The notes under the pieces are model-generated. The model was not told where the DNA came from. It did not search any database and saw only the letters and a program-made list of their open reading frames with translations. 64,000 nucleotides of DNA from positions 744,001 to 808,000 of the forward strand of contig JAQOWU010000001.1 in the NCBI GenBank assembly GCA_030867685.1. The letters are read 5' to 3'. This DNA comes from Wickerhamiella versatilis. Taxonomy: Eukaryota. The first letter of the stretch is position 1. Each line of letters starts with the position of its first letter. Made by a program: the position numbers and the translations under genes. Positions 34,312 through 44,625 of this stretch are shown here, one piece after another.

Positions 34312-35610
34312 ATGCTCCCTGCTTTTAATGAGTACTACCGTCAACGGAATTTGACAGGTTTTTCACCAGGTTTCATTATAAATCTCAAACTAAATCGTGA
34401 ACTATCATTTGACGCGTTAGCTAATTCGATATTGCATACAGGAGAGCAGTTTCCCGAGCTTTTTCGTCATGTTGTGAACAATGAAATAAGACATATAACT
34501 CGCCAAATTGAACTGGATGAAGTTATAATTTCCGATCCACCTATTAGTTCAAACGGTGAGCTGGACTGGGACCAAATTTTCAGCCAGATTAAGATTCCAT
34601 TGGAAGGAGTGAACTGGCGAATAATAATTTTTGGTCGAATTTTGGCTGTATATGCTAACCATACCCTATTTGACGGTGTTTCTATGCGAATTTTCGCTGA
34701 AAAAATTATTGCAAATGCTAACAGGTATAATCCCGAGAAGAATATGTGCATTTACAGGGAGCACAAAGCTAGTGGTCCCGTGGGACACTTGTATGACCGT
34801 ATTCCCACCACTTATATGGAGTGGCTTATTCGAAAGAGTGCACCTTTCTTTGTGACGTGGGTATTACCATTGATGCGCTCGTTTAGATCGCCCTATAGGT
34901 TCAATAAGTTTGTCTGGAATCGAGGAGAAAACGATCAAATAACCAACAAAAGCTCTAGATTCATCTTCAATATCCCCTCGGAACGGTTAGAGCATATTTT
35001 AAGTGAATGCAGAGGGAATCAAGTAAGCTTGACAGCTTTCCTTATTTCTAAGTTCGTGCATGGACTTACCCGCATCCCATCCACATCCCAAACTGGTTCT
35101 ATGCTCGATATCACAGTACCAGTCAATACCAGACCTTATTTGTGCAATCTCCTGAACAGTCCCCCGGACAAGTTAGACATTGGTCTATATGTTTGTGGTG
35201 GGACGATAAATTTAAATGTTTTCTGTCTTGGGAGTTTTCTTGATACCTGCAAATATATCCAGTCAGAATTATTAAAATTGAAGTCTAATCAAGCACAGAA
35301 AATTAACGAAATTCGAGCGCTTAATGAGGTCGACATATCTTCGTTCGTACGCAGTCAGCAATCTAGTCCTGATCCTTTGAATACCTTCGAGCTTTCAAAT
35401 ATTGGTTGTCTCGATGTAGCTGCTGTCGAATATCCTACTTATGAAGTAGAAGATGCATTATTTATTCAGCCAATGCTTCACGCATATTATTTTTCTGCTA
35501 GTGTGGTGTCTTCGAAAAGTGGTGGTGCGAATCTCGTTATTGCGTACCCATCCATTTTGAATGATTCCCTTATGGCGTGCTTCAATCACTTATCTTATGA
35601 ATGGCAGTGA
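34312..35610 (+). CDS. Alcohol acetyltransferase family (AATase/ATF/SLI1-like)
   Basis: HTLFDG (HxxxDG), CRGNQVSLTAFL, PVNTR, FELSNIG; 432 aa. Confidence 0.7.
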   Translation: MLPAFNEYYRQRNLTGFSPGFIINLKLNRELSFDALANSILHTGEQFPELFRHVVNNEIRHITRQIELDEVIISDPPISSNGELDWDQIFSQIKIPLEGVNWRIIIFGRILAVYANHTLFDGVSMRIFAEKIIANANRYNPEKNMCIYREHKASGPVGHLYDRIPTTYMEWLIRKSAPFFVTWVLPLMRSFRSPYRFNKFVWNRGENDQITNKSSRFIFNIPSERLEHILSECRGNQVSLTAFLISKFVHGLTRIPSTSQTGSMLDITVPVNTRPYLCNLLNSPPDKLDIGLYVCGGTINLNVFCLGSFLDTCKYIQSELLKLKSNQAQKINEIRALNEVDISSFVRSQQSSPDPLNTFELSNIGCLDVAAVEYPTYEVEDALFIQPMLHAYYFSASVVSSKSGGANLVIAYPSILNDSLMACFNHLSYEWQ

Positions 35611-35766
35611 AACTTGACTCTAAATTAACTTATTGCATTTCGCATTTCTGTCTATTTCTTAGAACGTCTTGAAACGATACAATAACATGTTACTTGTATG
35701 CAGTAATATTGGTAGCTAGCTCCCCAAGTTGTTAAAAATAATCTGATACGTCGTTATTTTTTTATA

Positions 35767-36813
35767 TCATACTTTTGCTGTCTTGTTAAAATTTCCAAAC
35801 GTAGCTATGCCGCGTGAGTTCTCGGGCATCCTTAATTCCCCATTTGAAACCTTGGTTTTAAGATATTTAAACACTTGAAGTCCTTGAGACCATATGTGGT
35901 CTCCAACTGTCATAGCAGTATAATCACTCGTACTTTTATCAGCGAATTGTGGAAGTGGTTTTACCTCTGTATGGTAGTCACAAGAGTAGAAAAGGGGGAA
36001 AGAGAAACGATCTTCTTTTACTGAACGTACGCGATGAGCTGTGGCAGTAAACTTCCCTGCCGTCATGATTTCTAATACATCGCCAATATTCACTACAATT
36101 GTTCCAGGTATCGGCGGTGCATCAATCCATTCACCACGATCATTGAGTACTTCCAGACCAGGTGCATCTGCGAGTAGAAGTGTGAACCACTCGTAATCCG
36201 TATGCTCACCGATTCCAGGAGCGTCAACTGCATCTTCGTCGTATGGATAGTGAATCATTCGCATTTTTGACGGTGGATAAGATACCAAATCGTCAAAAGC
36301 AGTTTCTTCCAATCCTAGTGCTGTTGCAAATCCTCTCCTGAGAACATTGCCTAAGGCAAAAACTTGGTCGTAGTATCCTTGAACTCTTTCTCGGAACTGG
36401 GGAATATCCGGCCATGTGTTTGGACCCACAAGAGGGGTCTCATTCTTTACAAGTGGATGATCGGCAGGGACTTCAAAGCCAACGTCAAAGGCCTCCTTAT
36501 GGTCTGGAAGACGATTCTGAGGCCCTTTGGTGTAAGACTCTTCACCCTCTGGTACAAAACCCTTGTGTGATTTTGACAGACCAATGTAATACTTCATTTT
36601 TTCTTCATATGGTAGAGAAAAAAAGTCCTTAGCAGCACTGTACAAACCCTCAATGTAGGAGTCATCGATTTTGTGTCCAGATACGTAAAGGAATCCAATG
36701 TCTCTTGATGCCTTTCCAAGTGCATCAGCCACGGATTTCCTTTGTTTTGGATCCTCAGAATAGAGACCACTGATGTCAACTACAGGGATACTTGTAAATG
36801 TTTTCTGAGACAT
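35767..36813 (-). CDS. 2-oxoglutarate/Fe(II) dioxygenase, IPNS/DIOX_N family
   Basis: IPVVDISGL, GFLYVSGH, HTD (HxD), VNIGD, ATAHRV, RFS; ATG at 36813 (the track start is TTG). Confidence 0.85.
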   Translation of the reverse strand: MSQKTFTSIPVVDISGLYSEDPKQRKSVADALGKASRDIGFLYVSGHKIDDSYIEGLYSAAKDFFSLPYEEKMKYYIGLSKSHKGFVPEGEESYTKGPQNRLPDHKEAFDVGFEVPADHPLVKNETPLVGPNTWPDIPQFRERVQGYYDQVFALGNVLRRGFATALGLEETAFDDLVSYPPSKMRMIHYPYDEDAVDAPGIGEHTDYEWFTLLLADAPGLEVLNDRGEWIDAPPIPGTIVVNIGDVLEIMTAGKFTATAHRVRSVKEDRFSFPLFYSCDYHTEVKPLPQFADKSTSDYTAMTVGDHIWSQGLQVFKYLKTKVSNGELRMPENSRGIATFGNFNKTAKV

Positions 36814-36919
36814 CTTCAATCGAATCAATGGATTCGTGGAACACAATGTTATGCAAAGATGGTTATGTGGTCTACTGTCGGATTCTTAGGCCCCCTCCCA
36901 CCTATCTGGTTACAAAGTA

Positions 36920-36945
36920 GATAAGCATTACTAACAAGTGATAAG
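36920..36945 (+). promoter_or_regulatory. Two GATAAG sites in the divergent dioxygenase/permease promoter
   Basis: GATAAG at 36920-36925 and 36940-36945; nitrogen-catabolite (Gln3/Gat1/AreA-type) role inferred. Confidence 0.45.
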
Positions 36946-37220
36946 ACTGGTACGTGATTTCTAGCAAGTAAAATGCAAAATTGCCACCACTATTTATGAA
37001 GCTGAAAGATATTCTAAGTATATTACATATTACTTCTGTCTCAGTGTGAAATTAAATGTCTTTAGGCTGGAAAGAAATCCTCAAATCCAAGTTAAAGGTC
37101 TCTTTCAATGCAACACTTTGGTTTAGGGGTCGGAAAAAGTTACCTTGGAGTACCAACGGAAGCCGACGTTTTATTATTAAGAGCTATTGATTGTATAGCC
37201 CCGCTAAATTGAAAAACTTT

Positions 37221-38870
37221 ATGGTTGGCTTGAAAGAACGAAAAGAAGTCATCTCTACTTCACCAATTGAGATGTCCTCATCAGCATATAGCATCGATGA
37301 AGGGGCGAATGATGCAGATAACCTAGCAAATATGGGTTATGATCAAGAACTTCATAGATCATTCTCGAAATGGGAAGTATTTGGCCTTGCCTTTAGTATA
37401 ATGAGTCTCGGTCCTGCACTCTCTAGTACTCTGACTTATGGTCTGACGGTAGGTGGTGCAGGACTGACATGGGGCTGGTTCGTGCCAATGTGTTTCGTAA
37501 TGACTGTAGCCATAGCGATGTCAGAGCTTTCCTCAACTTGGCCTACTGCAGGAAGCATGTATTACTGGACTTTTCAGTTATCACCGCCTAAGTGGCGCCG
37601 ATTCCTAAGTTACTTCAGTGGCTGGGCTGACTTAACTGGACTTTGGTTTGGCTGTGCATCAGTATTCTACGGTTTCACCAAACAGCTTTTGTCATCTGTT
37701 CAACTCGGGGTAGAACAATACGAAGCTACTGATTCTCAACGCTTTGGCGTGTATGCAGCATCTTTGGTATTATCTATGGCTTTGTGTAATATACCTGGGA
37801 AGGTTATGGCTAAAATTCAAACAGTATCCATCTATTTCAATATAGTTGCGGTGTGCATACTGGTTATAGCACTCCCAGTGGGGCTAAGGATAAAAGGGAT
37901 TGACCTAAATTCAGGCTCAGATGTCTTTGGCAGCTTCCAACCGGGTGAGACAAACTATCCCCAAGGTTGGGCATTTATGCTTGGATGGATGTTACCCATA
38001 TATTGTGCTGTAACCCTTGATACTAGCACGCATTTATCCGAGGAGACCAATGATGCAGCAAGATCCGTACCATTCTCGGTAATGCTGTCCTGTGGTTTGT
38101 GTTTTGGCTTGGGATTCATTATCGTCTGCGTACTTGCAGCAGTGATCAACTGGTCTGATATTACCACAATATTGGATGCAGAGCTCCCTCTAGCAGTGAT
38201 CATTACTCGCTGTCTTAATAAAGAATGGAGCATAGCTATCATGTCATTGTTTACATTCATTCAGTTTTTTATGGGTCTTTCCACTATGTATGCAAATAGC
38301 CGTCAGTGCTTTGCATTAGCAAGGGATAATGCACTTCCATTTTCGGGGTACCTACGGAGGGTGGATAAGCTTGGTACTCCCTATTATGCGATACTTTGTA
38401 CTTTCATCATTGCTCTATGCTTAGGACTTCTTATTCTAGCAGGAGATGTGGCGGCAGAAGCAATTTTTTCGATGTCAGTTACCTCATTATATATGGGATG
38501 GTCAATACCTATCTGGCTTTATGCATACGATCGAAAGCTATTCCATCCAGGACCCTTTTATCTGGGTAACATACTCAGCCGCGTAAACAGTATAATTGCC
38601 TCGGCATTTTGTTTTATAGTCATCTTTCTGCTCACGCTATTCCCTGCAGATATTCCAGTTAAGGATCCAGCGGATATGAACTGGTCCATAGTAGTATGTG
38701 CTGGTGTTTGGCTTATCGCACTTTGTTGGTTCTTTATTCATGCTCATAAAGTATATCATGGCCCCGCAATGGCGGAGGAGGAAGGCTCCAATATTGTAAT
38801 AGAGGGCGGAGAGGTTGCAAGTGGAGAAAAGACGGAAGAGAAGATAGACACTGGTATAGAAACCAAATGA
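37221..38870 (+). CDS. Amino acid/choline (ACT) family permease, UGA4/TPO5-like
   Basis: LANMGYDQELHRSFS..FGLAFS, ELSSTWPTAGSMYYW, HLSEET, FALARDNALPFS, PGPFYLG. Confidence 0.85.
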   Translation: MVGLKERKEVISTSPIEMSSSAYSIDEGANDADNLANMGYDQELHRSFSKWEVFGLAFSIMSLGPALSSTLTYGLTVGGAGLTWGWFVPMCFVMTVAIAMSELSSTWPTAGSMYYWTFQLSPPKWRRFLSYFSGWADLTGLWFGCASVFYGFTKQLLSSVQLGVEQYEATDSQRFGVYAASLVLSMALCNIPGKVMAKIQTVSIYFNIVAVCILVIALPVGLRIKGIDLNSGSDVFGSFQPGETNYPQGWAFMLGWMLPIYCAVTLDTSTHLSEETNDAARSVPFSVMLSCGLCFGLGFIIVCVLAAVINWSDITTILDAELPLAVIITRCLNKEWSIAIMSLFTFIQFFMGLSTMYANSRQCFALARDNALPFSGYLRRVDKLGTPYYAILCTFIIALCLGLLILAGDVAAEAIFSMSVTSLYMGWSIPIWLYAYDRKLFHPGPFYLGNILSRVNSIIASAFCFIVIFLLTLFPADIPVKDPADMNWSIVVCAGVWLIALCWFFIHAHKVYHGPAMAEEEGSNIVIEGGEVASGEKTEEKIDTGIETK

Positions 38871-39054
38871 TCCACCTTTTTACATTACTGGAGCTTATCC
38901 AACAAAATAGAGCTATAGTTCATTAAAGACTTTAATAACTTGTTTACAACTCGTCTGAGAAGGAAGTTACCGATAGTGAAGAAAAAAAAAGAGACCTATT
39001 ACTAGTATTGGCGCCTAGAGGGCGTTAAACCAGCAATTTATGCAATTTTCATGG

Positions 39055-40599
39055 CTATGTAGGCCTCCACTCACCCAGCCACTTATTGGCCGGCTGAGCA
39101 AGCTCTGAGATTCCTCGTTTAATGTACTGACCCTGGCCTTTACTTCCATGTAGTTTGCCCTCTTTCCATACAAGTTTTCCTCTTAGCAAAGTATAACGAG
39201 GCCAATTACGGAAAACGTGACCCTCAAAAGGGGTATAGTCAATTTTATGATGTAAATGATGGTTTTCCAAAGTAAATGGAGTCATCTTTCCTTTAGGATA
39301 CCAAATACATAGATCCGCTTCTGAAAGACCAGGTACTATTCCACCTTTGCGGGGGTACATACCATATAGCTTTGCCGGAGTAGTGCACAAGAGATCGACG
39401 AATTTTTCTATAGTAAGCTTACCCTCTTCAACAGCAGAAAAAATTAGGGGCATTCTTGTTTCTACGCCTGGTAATCCATTTGGAATATATCTGAAACGGC
39501 CATCTGAGCTTTTCTGGAATGCCAACTTTTTACCTAATGAAGAATTGTAATTCACTGGTGCATGATCTGAAGATAGAATAGTAAACGTTCCATTACGAAG
39601 TCCATTCCATAAAGCTTCCTGATCCTTTTCATCTCTTCTCAAAGGTGGGCTGCATACGCACTTTGCCCCAATAAATGGATCGTTTGCCGTTGGTTTCATA
39701 CTTTCGCCACATAAGTAAAGATATTGTGGGCAAGTTTCGGCAAAAATAGGGTATCCTTCGGTCTGTGCCTTACGAATGACAGAAACAGCGCCAGGTGCGG
39801 AAACGTGAACAAAAAGGAGAGGCGTATCAAGAAGTCCAGACATCACTAGGGCCCTATTTGTAGCCTCTGCTTCAATCACTGGCGGACGCGACACCCCATG
39901 GTAATAAGGCTGTACCTTGTTTTCCTCCTCTAAACGGTCAGTCATCCATTCGATCATATCCCCGCTCTCTGCATGTATCAACACGGTAATACCGTGCCGA
40001 CGACAAAGTAGTAGCACATCCATCAGCTCGTGATCTCGGAGCTTCATACCCTTATAAGTCATAAAAACTTTCACGCTACTAACACCATATGTTTCCAATA
40101 AAATGGGCAATTCGCGATCTAGAACTTCTTTATCTGGATTGCTAATAATCAAGTGAGTAGCATAGTCACCATATGCGGACCCCTCACCTAATTGAACATA
40201 GTTCTTCCATGATTCGACCAGGGATTTGCTATCCTGAACCGCAAATGTTATAACAGTCGTCGTACCACCGCAAATTGCGCTACGTGTACCAGATTCAAAA
40301 TCGTCTTCGCACACCATTATGGGGCCCTGCGAGCCAATATGGACATGTGCATCAACACCTCCAGGTGTCACATAGCCACCCTCGGCATCAATTACCTCCA
40401 AGGCCTGTGATTCTGGTATGTCTTTCGCTAATGTGGTAATTAAGCCATTCTTTATATGTTAGCCATTTTATACTGCTTACACGAGCATTCATGAATCATA
40501 AAAACTTGAACATACCTTAATCCCGATGTTATATGGTAAACTGTCAAGGGCGGTGCACACAACAGCATTTTTGATCACAATATCATATGTATCGGACAT
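39055..40599 (-). CDS. Dihydropyrimidinase/hydantoinase, two exons (40599-40516, 40449-39055)
   Basis: Exon 1 MSDTYDIVIKNAVVCTALDSLPYNIGIK splices in frame to NGLITT..VIDAEGGYVTPGGVDAHVH; also GGTTT, SVKVFMTY, HAE, AETCPQYL, SSDHAP, IPNGLPGVETR. Confidence 0.9.
40450..40515 (-). other. Spliceosomal intron, 66 nt
   Basis: GTATGT donor, GCTAAC branch point, AAG acceptor; splicing restores a frame with a typical amidohydrolase N-terminus. Confidence 0.85.
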
Positions 40600-40954
40600 T
40601 ATATGATGACAAACCAAACCTGCAATCGATAATTCGTCCAAAAGCACCAAAATTGATAAGCATTATGTTTGTCACAGATTAAAGATACCCTCTTAAGGTT
40701 ACATTAATTCCCCTTTTATTTCTGAATCAATAAATAGGGAGGGAGCGAATTTTCAAGTGTTGATCGTATGATCTGTTCAGTGGAATCTTGATCTACAGCA
40801 ACACGATATCTCCTTCGACTTTTGTATGATGAAAGAGGCGGATCAGTGACCTACATATCATGACGGATAAACCGCTTAAATTAAATTTTATTATAGGCAT
40901 TTGGACATAATAATACGAAAAAACAAGCCAGCTATGTGTCTTGTGACATATCCT

Positions 40955-41890
40955 TTAACGTAAATTCTTCAGCGAGTCGATAATCAGTGCCCAGAACCTC
41001 TTATTGTCAACGCCAATAGCAGCTTGCGAATGACAATCCTCATGTATAGGAAATCTAGCATCTGCGACGGTCATTCCAACTGTGAGACTTCCATTTAATT
41101 CCACATTAATAGGCATCTTTCGTGTTTTGAGTATCGAAGGATCTATGATATATGCAATAGTGCAGGGGTCATGTACAGGTGGCTCTAGAAAGCCTTGTGT
41201 CTCATAATACATTTTTGTGAAATATACCAAGAGATCCTTTACGAAATTAGCCTGAAAAGTTCCGATAGAAGCTATTTGATCGACAGTCTCCTTAGACGCC
41301 AATGCCTGGTGCGTAGCATCGATTCCTACCATGGTTAGAGGCCAAGGCTCATTAAATACAATATGAGCAGATTCAGGATCAACGAGAATGTTAAATTCCG
41401 CTGAAGCACTCCAATTTCCTCCTGAGATCGCGCCTCCCATCAACACGATCCCCTTAACTCTTGGAATTAGCCTTGGTTCGAGTCTAGCCGCTATTGCTAT
41501 GTTCGTGAGAGGCCCGATAGGTACGAGTGTAATACTTTTGGGCGGATACGCCATCACAGTGTCTATTATGAACTGTACTGCATGACGTGGATCTAAGTGC
41601 ATTTCAGATTTCGGTAATTCAGGTCCTTCCAATCCGGAATCACCATGCAATACTCCAGCAGTCTGTGGTGGCCTTACGAGGGGTCTTTCTGAGCCCCGGC
41701 AGACAGGAATATCAGTTGCATTGGCAGCGCTTAAAACACTCATTGCATTATTTGTTACTTTATCAATTGACTGATTCCCCGCTACTGTTGTTACACCGAG
41801 AACTTCTATATCTGGATGTCCGATGGCAAGCATCAATGCTATAGCATCATCATGGCCCGGGTCACAATCAATGATAACTTTGTTTGCCAT
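40955..41890 (-). CDS. Inosine/uridine-preferring nucleoside hydrolase (RihA/URH1 family)
   Basis: IIDCDPGHDDA, TTVAGN, GPLTNIA, LMGG, AEFNI..DPE, PPVHDP. Confidence 0.9.
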   Translation of the reverse strand: MANKVIIDCDPGHDDAIALMLAIGHPDIEVLGVTTVAGNQSIDKVTNNAMSVLSAANATDIPVCRGSERPLVRPPQTAGVLHGDSGLEGPELPKSEMHLDPRHAVQFIIDTVMAYPPKSITLVPIGPLTNIAIAARLEPRLIPRVKGIVLMGGAISGGNWSASAEFNILVDPESAHIVFNEPWPLTMVGIDATHQALASKETVDQIASIGTFQANFVKDLLVYFTKMYYETQGFLEPPVHDPCTIAYIIDPSILKTRKMPINVELNGSLTVGMTVADARFPIHEDCHSQAAIGVDNKRFWALIIDSLKNLR

Positions 41891-41974
41891 CTTTTAATAC
41901 CCGATTATTAAGTGAGATTTAAGGACAGGAAACCCGGAAGAACTCTATAAATTTAGTGATCTAACCTTTGAAAG

Positions 41975-43492
41975 CTAAGCGGTAGCCTGTACTACTTCAT
42001 CAAGAACGCTTTTGGTAGTTTCCAGATCTCGCAACTCATCCACGCTCCAATTTGAAACCGCGATACGGCATGCTGGAATACCTTCCCAACTAGTAGCTGA
42101 TACGTAAATCCTTCCGCTACTATTTAAAGAGGCCGCTAGATTCGCGTTGGCACTATTATATTTGGTTCTGAACAACACTATAATAAAAATCTGCTGCAAA
42201 TACTTCTCCTTTGATGGAAATCGAGGTAATGTTTCATAGGATGGATGATCCCACAACCAGCTAGCAATGGATCGCGCTAGAGACACTTGTTTGCCTACCA
42301 TTTGGCTATATGCGCTTTTTCCATATGTGATAAGTGATGCATAGACCGGTAAAGCCCTAAAGCGTCGAGAGTTTTCAATACCAATATTATTAGGCGACTC
42401 GATACATTGTGTTCTCGAGTTCCCTAGATATGGAGCCCCAGTGTTTTTAAATACCGATTCAGAAATTCCAGGGTGTCGACAGAAGAACACGCCACAGTCA
42501 TATGGAACATTGAGCTGCTTGTGCGCATCAACTGTAATAGAATCAGCGAGTTCGATACCATCGCAGCATTGTAGAAGTACGTTAAATTCCGATGGTAAAC
42601 ATCGAGCAAATAATCCGAAGGCACCATCAACATGGAGCCAAGCCCTGTATTTATCACATAGTTTACGCAGCCGTTCGAAATCTTTAAAACCTTTAGTGGC
42701 AAAAAATCCAGTGTTCACCTCACTACAACTCACTACCACTATGCTGACCACTCGCGGCTGCGCGAGCTCCTGCTCAAGCCGATCATAATCAAACAATACT
42801 GGATTTAATTCGTGATCCATAGAAACATTTTGCACATTGAGACGACCAATACCGAGAATTCCCGCAGCTTTCGTTACTGAAGAGTGTGGCAAAGTGGACA
42901 ATACTTTGATATTATCGATATTACCAGCCCGCATGGATTCCATCAAACCTTGTTCCGCTATGTCGCACCCACCAAATGCGTCGAAACCGTATTGACGGCC
43001 ACATGCTAATCCAAGAATATTGCTTGCCGTTGCACCAGTGGTAAATGTCCCATTGCACCACACATTCTTATCCAGGCCAAACAGATCTAACAAAAGTTTA
43101 AGAGTGCATTGTTCAACAAGAGTGGAGATAGAGTGTGATGGAATGTGCACTTGAACATTCTGGTCGAAAGCTGTTACAATCTGGTCGGCAAATTGGGCAG
43201 CCGGTGTAGCTCCACCGGTAACAAAGCCATAATATGTCGGGGAATTTCGGTAAAACCCAGGAGATATCTCATGTAGCATGTGACAAATGCCCTCCTTTAG
43301 GCCCTTTCCATGCTCTGGAAGTGTCTCTATGAGCGAAGAAGCGGCATCATTCAATGCTTTTGGATCAGGAAGAACATTAGAGTTATTCGCAGGCCCCATA
43401 GCTTCTGACCAAAGTTTACTGATTTGCTGTAAAAGATCTTCTCTCTCATTTCTACCTAACTCGAAGGCTTGTTTAGCTTTAGCATTTGACAT
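41975..43492 (-). CDS. Group II PLP-dependent amino-acid decarboxylase
   Basis: YYGFVTGG, FTTGATASN, HSSVTKAA, WLHVDGAFG, DSITVDAHKQLNVPYDCG, ENSRRFRALP. Confidence 0.85.
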   Translation of the reverse strand: MSNAKAKQAFELGRNEREDLLQQISKLWSEAMGPANNSNVLPDPKALNDAASSLIETLPEHGKGLKEGICHMLHEISPGFYRNSPTYYGFVTGGATPAAQFADQIVTAFDQNVQVHIPSHSISTLVEQCTLKLLLDLFGLDKNVWCNGTFTTGATASNILGLACGRQYGFDAFGGCDIAEQGLMESMRAGNIDNIKVLSTLPHSSVTKAAGILGIGRLNVQNVSMDHELNPVLFDYDRLEQELAQPRVVSIVVVSCSEVNTGFFATKGFKDFERLRKLCDKYRAWLHVDGAFGLFARCLPSEFNVLLQCCDGIELADSITVDAHKQLNVPYDCGVFFCRHPGISESVFKNTGAPYLGNSRTQCIESPNNIGIENSRRFRALPVYASLITYGKSAYSQMVGKQVSLARSIASWLWDHPSYETLPRFPSKEKYLQQIFIIVLFRTKYNSANANLAASLNSSGRIYVSATSWEGIPACRIAVSNWSVDELRDLETTKSVLDEVVQATA

Positions 43493-43766
43493 ACTGGGCT
43501 ATCATCAACTTACTCTCGAGATATCCTCGAAGTTACTGCTGACAAATATTATATTCGACTTAGACGCTCTTTTGCTGGGCTGGCAACATCAATCATCCAT
43601 TACCAAGGGACCAGTATATATTATTGTTCAAATTTGTAAACTTGATAAACTTGATAAACTCTCGTTCATATCTGTGTATAATCTGTGAGTAACTGTAGCT
43701 TTACGGTTTTAAATCTACGTGTTTCAATTTCATCATTCTATCCAAAAGAAAAAAGAAAGAGAGAAT

Positions 43767-44438
43767 TCATTCATCAACAGTAACAAGGGCAAACCCATCC
43801 CAACCTTTACTCCCTACCGTCTGAATCACAGTTGCGTCTAGTCGGGGGTCTTCCTTTACCGCATGTAGGAATTTCTGAGCACCATTGACTCTACTATCGA
43901 CGCTTTTTTCATCCGCAACGCCACCGCTACGTACCACGTTGTCAGCGACTATCACCGTACCTTTGCGGGAAAGGCGGAGTACCATAGGTAAGTAGTTAGG
44001 ATAATTCTCCTTATCGGCGTCAATGAATATAAAATCATAAGGTCCATTTAGAGTAGGGAGGATTTCAAGTGCATTGCCACCCAGAACTTCCACCTTATCT
44101 GTGACACCAGCAAAATCAAGGTTAGATTGAGCTACCTTAGCGTGGTGTGGACTATATTCGATTGTCGTAATCTTACCCCCGGGGGGTAAAGCCTTTGCCA
44201 TCCAAATAGTGCTATATCCACCAAGCGTTCCAAGCTCTAGTACTCGCGATGCCTTCGTCATTTTAACATATTGAGCAAGAAGCTTACCTTGTGGCGCAGA
44301 AACATCGATAGCAGGAAGGCCCTCTGCTTTATTTGTTTCCAGTACTCGCTCCAAATGCCGATCGTTGGGGATCAAAATATCTGTCACATACCGGTCAACT
44401 TTTGACCATTCGTCTGATTGCTGTGGCATTCCTTGCAT
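43767..44438 (-). CDS. SAM-dependent O-methyltransferase (caffeoyl-CoA/catechol OMT family)
   Basis: VSAPQGKLL, VLELGTLGGYS, FIFIDADKENY, VADNVV, KGWDGF. Confidence 0.85.
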   Translation of the reverse strand: MQGMPQQSDEWSKVDRYVTDILIPNDRHLERVLETNKAEGLPAIDVSAPQGKLLAQYVKMTKASRVLELGTLGGYSTIWMAKALPPGGKITTIEYSPHHAKVAQSNLDFAGVTDKVEVLGGNALEILPTLNGPYDFIFIDADKENYPNYLPMVLRLSRKGTVIVADNVVRSGGVADEKSVDSRVNGAQKFLHAVKEDPRLDATVIQTVGSKGWDGFALVTVDE

Positions 44439-44625
44439 AGATTGGATGAGGTAAGATTGATTGTAAGTTCCATGTGGGGAAATCTCCTAAGTGGAATACA
44501 TAATAGTTAACAATTTTTATGAGCGGATATGTGAAATACTACTATCTATTAATCAAGCATTTAAACGAACTCGTTCCCTTTGATATTCTTACATAGCACT
44601 ATAATCGAATCTGCGTTCATTTCTT

